Source of the DNA: Paraspadella gotoi
Taxonomy: Eukaryota > Animalia > Chaetognatha
NCBI GenBank assembly: GCA_051294375.1
Contig: CM119266.1
Coordinates: 20,810,780 to 20,874,779 of the forward strand
Reading direction: 5' to 3'
Length of the DNA: 64,000 bases
The stretch's first letter is position 1, and every line of letters begins with the position of its first letter. Under the pieces are notes generated by a model. That model ran no database searches and had not been told where the DNA came from. It saw only the letters and a program-made list of their open reading frames with translations. Below are positions 47,418 through 60,326 of this stretch, in pieces. A program made the translations under genes and the position numbers.

Positions 47418-49245
47418 GAGAACCGGAGATATTAGTTTTAGATTATATAGAAGATGTGGGGGGAAAAAGATTAGAAGACTTGAAATGTTACGAGGTCTCT
47501 ATATTATTTTTTTTTTTTTGGAAAATTTTATTTCTTACAAACTTTGAAGTTATTGTTTTAAAACTTTTAATTTAGACTTAAAGGTATTAGTTTACTATTA
47601 GGTTTACGGCTCAAACCAATCTTGATTTTTATTTGATTCGTTAACATTTTTGCACCGTCCAAAAAGTTTGGTACATAACAATTGAAAAGTGACTTAACGT
47701 TACTAAACTGTCAATGTGATAATTTTATTTTTGTGATTTACTAGTATGATTATTCACAAAGATAAAAAACATACTTAACAATTTAAGTTTGTTACGTTCT
47801 CAACTTTATATTATGTCAAGTTAACCCTGAGTAGTATTTGGCTCACTTCGAATCAGCATTTTATTTTTGCTCGCCAAATTAAAATCAAAAAACAATTTAC
47901 AGCATTATCTTTTGATTGGTTTGCTTTTAGCTTTATTTGCTTCTTTATGTTTATATAAAATAGAATGATGAAAACACGAATCTTTTTGCTGAATTACTTT
48001 TTTCCTTTATTCTAAAATTAGAATTGAATGCCGAACTAAGCTTATTTCTCATCTTTTATTCAATAATGTTGTTGCTCGTCACCTAATGTAATTTTTTCCT
48101 GACCCGTATCGAAGGATCGTCCAATTCTCACATGGACAAAAGTCGCCCTTTCTCTCGATTTGCCGGTCGACGTCGTTTTCGACGAATCCGCGGGGATTTC
48201 GCCGATGTTGTTGTTGTTGTCGTGGTTGTCGTTGTGATGTGATCCGAGCGGAGAAAAAAGATGAGGCGTAGAAAGGGGGGCATGGGTTTAATGGGGGAAA
48301 TAGGAGGGGGACGTTGTTTCGATCGCGAAAGATCGAGACGAACAACGAAGTACAGTTGGTTGACGATGGACACAATTCGACGAATCAAAAGCTTCGAATT
48401 TCTTACGTCGTCCAATCACGACGCCACGTCGAGGTCCTCATATCCTACGCTCGTGCGACCTCTTTGCCAAAATCTGGGTCTCCTTTTTTCATCTCTTATT
48501 TCTTTTTTTAATTTTTTTTTTTTTTTATTAAAGCGCAATTATCGCGTTAAGACTGCAATATTCTCTTTTTGTGTCAGCCAACATTGATGGATAATTGAAT
48601 ATTTTTTCTGGCGGAATCAAACATTTAAAAATAAAAGAAAATAAATATATTTCGTAATTGTAAACTGAGCATAGCTGAGCAATTCTTCATTCTGAGCTTT
48701 CATCAGCGTAACTGATTACGCCCCCGCCTCATGTCCGGAAATAATTTTCAAATCTCTATTTTCCTCGAGTACTTTATAGTATTACTAATCAATTTAAGTT
48801 AATTCTTAACAATTTATATTTTATAACGCTTTCTAAATCCACAATCATGCAGAAAAAAATACATTTCGTTTTTCTTCGCTTTCTGCAAAATCATAAACGT
48901 TCAACGATCAAAGGAAAACTTAAATAACAAAGAAAATGAGTTACGTGAAGGAACCCACGATTCCTGGAAAGGAGAACTACGGATACATTTTCGACCAAAC
49001 CGTCCTCGTGTGAGTATTTTTTCTAATTATTATTATGAACGGTCATGAATTTCTTTTATCTTTCTTTCGAGAGTCCCAAAAGTTCTTACGCTGTTCTTTT
49101 GTTTTGATAATGATCACATATTTCGAAATTTCTTTTTTTATTTTCTATTTTTACATTTTTCTATTTCTTTTCGATGCACCAAAGAAAAGAGAGAGAAGGA
49201 AAATGGGGGTTGTAGACCCGGGAGTGTGTACTGGGAGGTACTGAC

Positions 49246-49328
<83 letters not shown>

Positions 49329-50383
49329 CGAATCGGCATCGACGGACGGGTAGTTATTTTCGTCGGGGGAAACAGATGAGGGAACAAGAGGAGGAAGAGA
49401 GGAGAGTAGAGGGGAGACAGAGATCTGGGAGATGAGGAGGAGGAGGAGGAGGAGGAGGACGATGCACCATCTGATCACGAGAAAATAAAAAGGCTCTTCG
49501 ACCGGAAAGACGACGACGACGACGACGACGACGATGGCACATACCCGGGACGAATGGGAAGAGGCGCCGCGACCTTTCGAAAAAAAAAAGGAAAAAAAAA
49601 GTGGAAACGACGTTTATCTCGATTTAACTCCTTTTCAACTCGTGTCTCGTTTTCGGTTTTCCCTAAAGTGCCGGTCGGTCGGTCGGTCGGTCGGTCTGTC
49701 ATTTGTCCGAAAATCATCGACTGAGTTTATTTGAATTAAAGAAAGAAATAATCATTTTAAGACAGATTAACTTAAAGAACAACGTAAAGGTCAAAGCGTA
49801 TATGTCGTTCAAGAGTCGAGAGAAAGGAAATTACGTAATTAATTATGGCCGCTGAGGACGAGTGAATATTAATATTAATATCAACTTAATATTTATTTTT
49901 CTCTCTCCAACGCTTTCCGATCGCATCACCGACTCTTTTTTTTCGTCACAGTTTTTTCTCCCGACAGTTTTGAGTTTTATTTTAAAGTTTTACTAAATAT
50001 AGGCGCTAGGCTACGTCTAAGTTAAGAAGGTTTTTATAAATTTTTTTCTTTTATATTGAATATTTTTTTATATATAAGAATATAGAAAAGATTTTCTCTT
50101 CACGGAGGCGATGATCGCTTAAAGGAATTTCTATCGGCGGCGTCTCCCACGGAATTTCAGGTCAGGGAAGCCGCTACAAAAAACAAAAAAACAAAAAACA
50201 AAAAACGAAACTATATCTTGAAAAAAAAAAAAAAACCAACAACTACACCTAACGTAAAATAATGGAAGATATCGACTCGTCATCGTCCGTTTACTCGTCA
50301 ACATCCGGGTCTTTTTCGACTTCCGGTTCATCGCATTTTCTCCATTTTCCATTTTTTCCCGCCGCGACGAATATTTCGGCGTC

Positions 50384-51583
50384 ATGAAGCTGGAAGCCAC
50401 GACGAGGGCGGCGACGATGGCGCCCGGAACCGGCGTCGACGACCTCGCGGGAAAACCGGGAGAGTACGACTTGTACGAAGTTCTCCGAGTGGCGCTGACG
50501 AAGGCATTAGAACGGGATTCGTCAGACGTAGTTTGGTGAGACTGTTATGAAATTGGTACAACCAATGATAAAAATGATTCATTCATTTAATAGATAAGCT
50601 ATCTTGCCCATGATTTTGACAGGCTATGATGGTTTAAGGCCTCCATCCCTTTAACAAGATAATAACATAGCTGCTTTTAATCAAGACTCTCTCACAGTCT
50701 CATTTATTCACTCCGAAGGTGTCTGGCTTCCCTATCAATGAAGTGGCATAATATTTCTAAGTATGCTTCAATTGTATAAAGGAACACTCCCAATTATCCT
50801 CTGAGTGCATGACTCGATCTTAGGATGAACTCGGATACGGAAAAATGTTTGACGAAGGAGAATTACTGAATTAATGAATTAATAAATTAAATGATTAAAT
50901 AAATAAACCTTTACTCGATAAATAAACAATGTTTTATCACGCCACCTCGCTCGATCCTCAGGTGCGAAAGCGAAGTCCACAAATACGCCCATTCTCGCTC
51001 CATCGCGGAGTTTTACAACAGCGTCTCTAACGCCATCTTCTTCGTTTTCCCGCCGCTCTTTTTCGTCGTCTGGAGAAACTACGCCTGTCACGTCAATGCG
51101 GGGGTGAGGGGGAGAGAGGGAGTGGATGATGCGGGGTGGGGGAGGGGGCGTTGGGCAAAAGATGATCGTCGAGAATCAAATCGTCCTTGTGTTTTCTCAG
51201 TGCAACCTGGTTTGGGGCCTCTTGATGGTCGTCGGCTTCGGGTCATTCTACTTCCACGCGACTCTTTCCCTCGTGGGTCAACTCATCGACGAGCTGGCAA
51301 TTCTCTGGGTCATCCTCGTCGCCGTGGCCACCTGGGTCAGTTGCTGGTCAGTCGCAACGATGGGCGGGACCTCCACCAACTCAAGGGCCGGAGTTGTATG
51401 CTCCCTTCCTCGGTTGTTTGCAGGTTCACTTGGACATGGTGTTCCCAAGCGTCCGACTCCAGCGTTGCTCCTTTAAGTCTTTGTGCTACGTCTTCGCCGC
51501 CGCCTCTTCCGTCCTTAACTCCACTTATCCCGTCATCAACCGAGTCTTTCTCTTTTCCCTCGCCGTGCCGATCGTTTCGGGTG

Positions 51584-51620
<37 letters not shown>

Positions 51621-51731
51621 CTCATCTTTTTATCTCTTTCTCTCTCTTTTCTCTCTTCTTTCTCCGTTTCTCGTCCCAATCATTTTATGTGAATCCAGTC
51701 TGCTAGCCAGTCCCTTCGTTGGTCTCTCTCA

Positions 51732-51824
<93 letters not shown>

Positions 51825-53057
51825 GTCTCTCTCTCTCTTTCTCTCTTTCTCTCCCCATCCCTCTCTCTTGCACTACCTCTTTTCTTTTCTCGCAGTGCTG
51901 GTGATCCAGGTTCGTCGCTCAACGAATCCGCGCGTCCACGTGTTGACTGTCAAAGCTTTGGCCGTTTATCTCATCGCCGTCGCCTCGTGGATCGGAGACC
52001 GATTCTACTGCGAGGTCAATTTGAATATAAAAAATTAATTAATTAATTAATCTCTTTAAAAATTGTTTGTTTCATAATCATGATTTTGACCGGAGATTTA
52101 GTTGTTGATATAGTTTTTTGCATGCCAGTATAATAATTATTTTTGATTTTATTGATCTGTAAAGATTAAATAAATCCTTTATTATTCAAAATGCATTATC
52201 CCAAGATGAAGCGATTGGAATATACAAAAAAGGGCATTATGGATTTACCTACTAAATATATCTTGATTATCTGATCAGATCTCCCAACATCTTTCCCATC
52301 TCTTTATCTCTCATTTCAACTCTCCTCCGAAAATAGTTCTGGACGAAGCGCGCGCACTTTCCCTACCTTCACGCCATCTGGCACGTGCTCGTCTTCATGA
52401 GCTGCTACTCCACGTGCGTCATCTTCGCCTACTTCGACGCCATCTACGAGGCCGAGTCGCTCCGGCCCGACATCATGTACTGGCCGAGCGACGATATGGA
52501 GTGGCTGGGCATTCCGTACATCGGTGAATAAGGGGGTGATGGCCTTAGAGTTAACTTATTTCCGTGGAAAAATTTTACATTCGCCGACTGGTTGTAAAAT
52601 AACCCCTTAATCACTACCACCCCTAACCCTAAACCGCCCCCAATATCACGCCTAACCCCAAACCAACCCTAACCCTAATCGGCGAAAGTAAAATTAAGCC
52701 ATTTCCGCCTTACGGTCCCAAACAATCAATTAAGGCCTCCGAGTTTCCCCATCGACCGCCCAACTGGAAGAGAACGTCTCGGCCGCAAGCGGCGTCGTCG
52801 GCGCCTTTTCGCCGCCCTCCAAGACCGTTGTCTCATCGGGCGCCGTCGGACCGACGACGTCGGCGCCGGCGCCAGGGGTCGCGGCGTCACCCGGCGTCGT
52901 TTTCACGCAAGAATTCTACCCGGAGGTTGCGTCGTCGTCCTCTTCGACGTCACGAGCGGCGCTGAAGGCGGTGGCGTTGCCAATGACGACGACGAAGAGG
53001 CCCTTGGCGCTTCAGAGACGAACGAGCGACGCGCCATCTCATTCTCACTCAGACTGA
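50384..53057 (+). CDS. ACER: Alkaline ceramidase (ACER1/2-like, CREST family), 7-exon model
   Basis: Exons 50384-50535, 50962-51103, 51201-51335, 51424-51580, 51896-52014, 52337-52523 and 52735-53057. Motifs [43 protein letters not shown] and YLHAIWH are present. Confidence 0.92.
52571..52696. mobile_element. Small TIR element with internal CCCTAA-like repeats (intronic)
   Basis: AATTTTACATTCGCCGA...TCGGCGAAAGTAAAATT; same family as 10101-10254. Confidence 0.65.
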
Positions 53058-54627
53058 AGACGAAGAATAAGAAAGGAGGAGAAAGAAGGGGGCGGGTTGA
53101 TTTTGGTATTCGTTACAATTACAATTCGAAATAAAAAAAGGGTGAAATCATTGTAATGAAGATAAGTTAAGGAGCTGGCGGCTCCTGTAATAATTGTATC
53201 AACGTCGTACTTCCATGTTGATCTCCAAGTCTAAACTCACAAACCGTGGCAATGGCTGCCACGTTGAGCTCAATAGGGAGAGGAGTTTTCGATTCCAAAT
53301 TTTATTGAGGGAAGTCATACATACATTGATTCTTTTACTAAATATACAGTTTTTCATTGGTTTGCTATAATATTCATTAATGACAGATCCAGCCCTTTAT
53401 ATTGAAATTTTCTCAAATTTATAAGAAATTGACGAATTTATTCCCTTTGTTTAAAATGAAATTAAAAGGCGACCGAAATTTCCTAATAATAAATATAAAA
53501 TCCCTTCGATATGGCAATTTGGGCTAAGCTAACGGGTCTCGCTTTTGCTGCTTTTCAACCAAATCGCCGCCACAACTGGATCCTTGTCTTTGCTCTTTGT
53601 GATGCGTGAAAAAAAAAAAAAAATACTGAACTAAGAATAAGCTTAAGTATATTACAGAAAACAAAATATTCGTCCTTGTTTTTGTTTACTTTTTTATTTT
53701 ATTTTAAGAAAGTCTCATACTTAGCAGCGATAGTTCACGCTGGGCTTTATATTGACAGTAAATGTAACTTGCCAAAAAATATATGTTAACGAATTGTTAT
53801 CGACGCCTGATTCCAAACACGAGTTTCTTGAGGCGCGAATGTAGCCTTTGCTTGCACAACTCTCTTATCTGTGACTCAACTGTATCGCTGTGTTATTTAT
53901 TGTTAGTTCGAAAATATCAAAGTTATACTCTCGCGTGACTTAATTTTATTTCTTTCGTGAGAAAAATTAAGGAGATATTTTAATCGAGTCATGTGTTTAT
54001 CGGTAACAAAGCTTTCATAGTTTCAGATCAGAGAATCATCTTAGTTGAAAGATTTTTTTTTTATCGTTAGACAAACAAGAAAACCCCAAAAACGGTTAGT
54101 ACGTGCTTCTTTAATTAATCTATTTTTCATTATTTGACATACCTTTAACATGGATCACAAAACGCCTCAATCTTTAGTCGCCTGTAGAACGTCGAAATTA
54201 ATATTTTCCAGAGCGGGAAGCAGAAAACCATCACGCACTACAGTTCAGCGGTTTTAATATTTATCAATGTTGACTTAAAATATTATAGGGAGAGAAAAAA
54301 AATTAAACGCTTGCTAGGTGATGAAAAATATGGAAAAAAATGTTCATTTTAGAAGCTCGTAACAATGATGGAATATTAATTTAAGAATTTTGTGATGAAT
54401 ATAAAAATAACTGTAGTGATACTATATTCTTATTCTTAAAAAACCAGGCTTAACGTACCTCTGCAATCACCAGACGATAGAAAAGAAAAAAAAGTAACGA
54501 TAATATTTAAAAAAAGTAACGATAATATTTAAAAGAAGCAAAAAAAAAAAACAGAAAAAAAAAAAACGCTCTCAATCGATCTCCAATTGTCAATTACTCA
54601 CTCAAAATTTGAGTCAAATCCTCAGCC

Positions 54628-56449
54628 ATGTCTTACGTAAAAGAAGCGACGTTGAGAGGCAAAGACGGCGCTGGCTACGTGTTCGATATCAACGTTCTCG
54701 TGTGCGCGTTTTGACTTTAAACAAAGAGAAATTCATGGCCGTATAACTAGTATAACTAGTACTACTATTTCTCGAAATTTCATTTGATATCATCGCTTTG
54801 ACGCAGGAACGCCTCCAACTACGAAAAGCTTTTCCTGAAGGCGATGTTGGAGGAACTGACCGGGAGGAAGCAAACAGCGTTCTTCTCCAAAGTCTTTGAA
54901 AAACTCATCGAAATGTGCAAGAACGAAGGTAGGTCCGCTTAATATCGCGTCGGGGGCAGAGAGTATCGTATAATATATAGTATATTAGGGTGGACTAAAA
55001 TCCACCAACCGTTCATCAGCGGCCATTGGTGCCGGAGCGCAAGTCATTCGCCTCCCAACCCAAAGGTCCGGGGTTCTAGCCCGGTGGTCGTCTGGCAGTT
55101 AGGAGGGACGGGGCGCTTAACCCGCCTGTAACATGGTGTTACAGCCTGATCCGAAGCTCAGGGACTGCTTATATTGAACGGTTCTGTCACTAACATATAA
55201 CAATAATTACTGTCTCTTCATTGGTGAGCCCGACTTCCGAACACAACAGCAACAACAACACTTTCAGGCGACATGCCTCAACCTGGCGATGCACTTTCCG
55301 CCATCAACACATCAGGCACATGCCTCAACTTGGTGACGCACTTTCCACCAACAACAACAATACACTGAAGAGACGCAACAGACTTCTCCCTATGGGAGGG
55401 GGGATGTATGGTGGACTAAAATCCACCAACCGTTCATCAGCGGCCATTGGTGCCGGGGCAAGTCATTCGCCTCCCACCACAAAGGTCCGGGGTTCTAGCC
55501 CGGTGGTCGTCTGGCAGTTAGGAGGGACGGGGCGCTTAACCCGCCTGTAACATGGTGTTACAGCCTGATCCGAAGCTCAGGGACTGCTTATATTGAACGG
55601 TTCTGTCACTAACATATAACAATAATTACTGTCTCTTCAATATCATAATATTTTGTAAGAGTGTTGAAGGCCTTAAACCTCCAAAGCCTGTCTAATAGAC
55701 AGTGTCTAAAGTCAGGGGCAAGATAACTTATTTATTAAATGAATGGACTTAAGCATTTTCAATTTTTACACTAACATATTATTTTCAATGATAACGATTG
55801 ATGAACTCCTCCTAGATATCAATATCTCTTAAACCAAAGCGTTCCTTGAAGCCTCGGAAATCAGTCTGATTCAGAAAGAGTTCATGTTCATCCTAATATA
55901 AAGGTCAATATAAATGTCATTGTGTGGCGGTAGTTATAACACAACCGCCTCGCGCTTTGTTCTAATAATAATAAAATAATAATAAAATCGTTGATTTAAC
56001 CAAGTGGGAAAGGAGTTCAGCTCACAATCTGGGACATGACGTAGCCGGCTTAATTATATCCAGATAGGTGTCCTCAGCCCCTTACCCCGCAACGGCGCCC
56101 TATCTAACCCAGTCCCGCTATCGTTGCCATATGAATTTCTTTATCTTTCTACCTTTCGGTTACAATTTCGAGATGGAAAACTTTAAAATAAAAACTGGGT
56201 TTCTTTTTCAGAAATAAAATGTCCCTCCCCAAATCGTGCGGCTCAACTTTGCATGGCGTTGGCGAGGACGAACGTGATCAACTTGGAACAAGGACCCTCA
56301 GGTAGGTCAATAATGTGTCATTGACTCGATTTTGAAAACTGAACAACTCACATTCGACATCAGCGTTGGAGTGGAAGCTCTCCTTCAACACCCCACGAGA
56401 CGACGTGCTCTTCGCCGTGCGCGATCTTCGCTGCCGAGTCTTCCGCTAA
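54628..56449 (+). CDS. Stand-alone ORC1/CDC6 C-terminal winged-helix-like protein, ~123 aa
   Basis: Exons 54628-54701 (weak gtgcgc donor), 54807-54928, 56212-56301 and 56364-56449. NASNYEKLFLKAMLEEL..FSKVFEKLIEMCKNE..QLCMALARTNVI..KLSFNTPRDDVLFAVR resembles the ORC1 C-terminus. Confidence 0.7.
54986..55639 (+). mobile_element. TRIM (miniature non-autonomous LTR retrotransposon) with tRNA-like LTRs
   Basis: Near-identical ~235-bp LTRs at 54986-55220 and 55405-55639. PBS TGGTGAGCCCGAC follows LTR1, PPT GGGAGGGGGGA precedes LTR2, and the probable TSD is ATAT. Confidence 0.85.
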
Positions 56450-57567
56450 CTTCTGCTAACCCATCCAAGAATATGTGCCTCAACTACTTCGCTACAGAAC
56501 AGGCTTTCTTTATCCCTGTCTCCAGTGTGTCTTACGTTTAAATTTCAAAACATTCAAAAACCCCTCTTGAGAGTTCCCAGGCTCCTCAAGATTTCAATTG
56601 TCATTTCTTTTTTAATTAAGTATAATCTAAAGAAATTTGTTTTTGTTTTTTTGCTGCTTTTTATTCGATAACCTCTTCTTATTTTCGCATCAATGCATTT
56701 TCCAATAAACACATGCGGTTTAAAGAGAAAATAAGAAAACAACGCATCAGCGGGAATTATTAATAACAACATATGTAATTTTTTTTTGGTGTGTGATAAG
56801 AAGAAACAGGCTGAAAGTATTTAAAATATATGACCGGTCTTGAGATTCGATTTGTAATTTAATCGATTGAGTTGTGATAAACGTTCGTTACATTGTCTCA
56901 TTAACGAGGGCAGACGTTTCATATTGTACGGCAAATAATTTGCCGATGCTTAATTCTGAATAATTTAGATAATAATAAAAGAGATTTGAGCCGTGTCACA
57001 TGAATCGAAAGCATCGGCGAATCATTTAGTTATAACCTGTATTATCATCCAAGGACATAACGTAGCGTTCATGGTTTAGTAGCAAATTGAAACGGTCCTT
57101 GTTTTAAAAGAATATTTACATGGCGTCTTAAATGAGGTATACATTAAAAATAATAACTTTTGTACTTTTTCGTGAGTCACGAAATTGTCAACTAAAAGAG
57201 AAAACGATTTTTTTAAAAAACAAAAACGTAAAGAGTCTCTCAGATCGAAAGCCATATTAATGGAGAGAATTCAGCTAGTAAAAGAATCTCTTATAACTAT
57301 TAAACTAAACGCGTTAAAAATTAGAATCTACAATCCTGCGAACGACAAACAAAACGATACGAAACAAAACGGGGGGAAATAAAAGTAGCGTAATTCTCAA
57401 ATACGTAAAAGCTAAAGAAATGAGATCAAAAGAGCCAAGTCGATTTTGGAATGACTGTTTTTTTGTGTTTTGAATTTCTTTTTAGCGTTGGTTGTTCACG
57501 TCTCTCGATGAGTAAGAAACGGGGGGCTCGGGTCAACCCCGCCGCGGCCACATTTCCCGAGCGCTCA

Positions 57568-60018
57568 TCAGTCGTTTTGCTCGGGGCCGGAGTCGCGGGC
57601 GGCATCGTCGTCTTCCTCGCCGCGAAGGTTGAGCGACGCCTGGATGGCGCGACGCAACATTTCGTCGTCGTCCTGGTCGTAGTCGACGAAAGTATCGTAC
57701 TCGAATCGATGTCGAAGGTTTAGGTGTTGAATGAAGTTGGAACTCAAAAGAGTCGGGTCGCCCCAGGGCATCGACGCGCAGATTGGGCACACCTTGAAAG
57801 CAGCGGAGGACGAGGTTCAGAGAATAACCCTCAGAATAAATTTTATACATAAAAGGCTGATTAGTAGAAACAAAACTTTAAATCTCCGCTTGAAGAAAAC
57901 TTTGACTAAGAATCATGTAATCGGTTATAATCGGTTTTGGTGACCCAATTAACTCCACGCTCACCACTTGAGCTGAGCTGTCTCGATGGTTGTCGTTGCA
58001 ATGTCTGACGAGGGCGTTAGAGTCCAAGTTTTTCCCGCCGCAATAAGGGCATTTGAAAGTGGACCTGTTGACGTCATCGGCTTTTTCCGTCGAGGTTTGC
58101 TGCGTCTCCACGAGTGGCTGGAACTTGTGGGAGTTGGCCGCGTCCGTCAATTTGGAGCAGCTTTGGTTGTGAGATCTGTAAAGAACGCGTGGTTGTCAGC
58201 AGTGGGCGGTGATTAATAATTTCGTTTAAGTTGACCTTTACAACTGTATAAAAAAACGAGGCAACTGTGCATAATTAAAGACCCCCGTCGAAGAACAAAA
58301 CATAAAAAGAAGAAGAACCGGCAATACAAGTTCAACGGCGCAAAAAAACAAAAAAACAAAAAACAAAAAAACAAAAAAACAAAAAACGCTCCTTTTGCCT
58401 TTCGAATTTCAAATGCACTAAATAAAAAAACCCCAAAAATAGCGTTTTATATATTTAAAGTAACAAAACAGCAAGCTAGCAGACAATCCAAACCATCTTA
58501 CCTCAACTTGCTAAGCTGTATTTTCTTGCTACAGCCTCTGCAGCGTCCCTTGTGGCCGTGAATGAGTTGATCGATGGCACTGTTCTTTAGTCTTTTGTTC
58601 GGTTCGAAATTGACGCGACACAGAGGGCAGATGGGTTCCGCGGCGTCCTTGTGCAACGCCGCCACACAGCTCGAGCAAAAGCTGCATCGATTAGGATTTT
58701 CATGTATTCATATATATATATATATTATATATTATTATAGGTTGACCCAGATTTATACTTTCTTTTTATTTTATGTCAAATCCTCAACAATGATCAATCA
58801 TTGATTTGATTTATTGATTGATTGATTCCTAATTGTTAAATATTTTGAATTAGCGTTTTAGCATTAAATTGTTTATTCTTTTTATTTAAAAAAAAAAGAT
58901 CAATCAGTCAATATTTAAAATCAATTCAAATAGGTCAGTCAATTAGCTGATTGATCATTAATCAATAAGCAAATTAAACAACCATCAAATCAATTTAAAA
59001 ACTGATGATTGCTCGCTTAAGGCTTTAGCCGGTTGAGCCCGAGAAATAAAAAATAAATCCGCACTTTGACTAAAAAGTTATCGATCGATAAGGACGTGAA
59101 AAAGGTTTTTTTCCGAATCGTCTGTCCGGGTCGTTAGCTCGGTTCTTAGCATCATTCGCCAACTGGAAAATTCCTATAAAATTTTCCTGTCGGGAATTGA
59201 ATGAGGCGAAAGACGGAAATCGTTAGATGATCAACTCGACGACAAAAAAAGAAAAAAAGAAAAGAGAAGCTAAATAAATAAATAAAATAGCTTGAGAAGA
59301 AAACTCGATATGACCCTAGCTCAAAGGGCGAGTTAGTAATAAAATTGGTGCAATCAATAAAAAAAATTAAGCATTCAATAAATAGACATATTTGCCCTTG
59401 ATTGAGGACTGATTATGTACGAAATAGTTTTTTTTATAGAATTAAAACGCATTATTTTTATATTGGCTGAACCAATTTCAGTTTTGTTTTAAGAAAGGTA
59501 TAACATTGGAGCGAGGAATCAAATTAATTGTAAAAAAAAAAAGAAAAAAAAAGAAAATTAAGTTTCTTCTCAAAGGAAATAAGTGACTAGAAGAGACACG
59601 AAGGACGAAGGAGAAGAGAGAGCGACAAGAAACGAAAAAAGGTCGTTAAAAGGATTTCAAGGCTCGAGACGAGGCGAATCGTTCTCGTCGTCGGAACGGG
59701 GGCGATAACCGCTCCTTTTTCGATAGAGCGCAAGAATGACGCCATTAAATGCAGGGATCAGCGTTTTATCAACGCCTCAGCAGCCACCCTTCTCCCCCTC
59801 GCCCCCCCCCTACGATCTTGGGTGATAAAAAGAGAGAGAGAGAGAAGGGGGGGGAGGGCAATTCTAGTCGAAAAGACTTACGTGTGTCCGCAGGAGATGG
59901 AAGTGGGTTTCTCGAAAATCTCCAGACAGACGGGGCAAGTGACCGGATCCAAATCTTCTAGCATGGACACCGATCGCAGCGGCGACATATTTTTCAAGTG
60001 GGAAAACGCGGCGGCCAT
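57568..60018 (-). CDS. RING-C2HC-Di19-UIM E3 ubiquitin ligase (RNF114/RNF138/RNF166 family)
   Basis: Exons 60018-59882, 58681-58502, 58175-57965 and 57792-57568. Motifs [58 protein letters not shown] and [15 protein letters not shown] are present. Confidence 0.93.
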
Positions 60019-60284
60019 CTTTTAAATTGCGTTGATTTTCTTTTTTTATTTCTGTGAGTAGAAGACGAGCGAAAAAAAAGAGATAGAGAGGGAGTGCGTT
60101 TGTGTGTGACGAACTCAACACTATTTATGCCGTTTCGTTCTCTCTTTCTCTCCCTCTCACTTTCGTTTTTGGTTTCCACGGGCGACGATGAAAACGAACG
60201 GAGTGAGAGATAGTGTGAGAGGAAGAAATAAAAACATCCCTTTCCTTTCTCTCTCCAAGATTTCCGATGGAGAGAAAGTGAAAA

Positions 60285-60326
<42 letters not shown>

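Noticed and set aside
55018-55092. Functional tRNA gene
   Set aside because: The anticodon and D arms do not pair well and the sequence lies inside duplicated LTRs, so it is treated as tRNA-derived.
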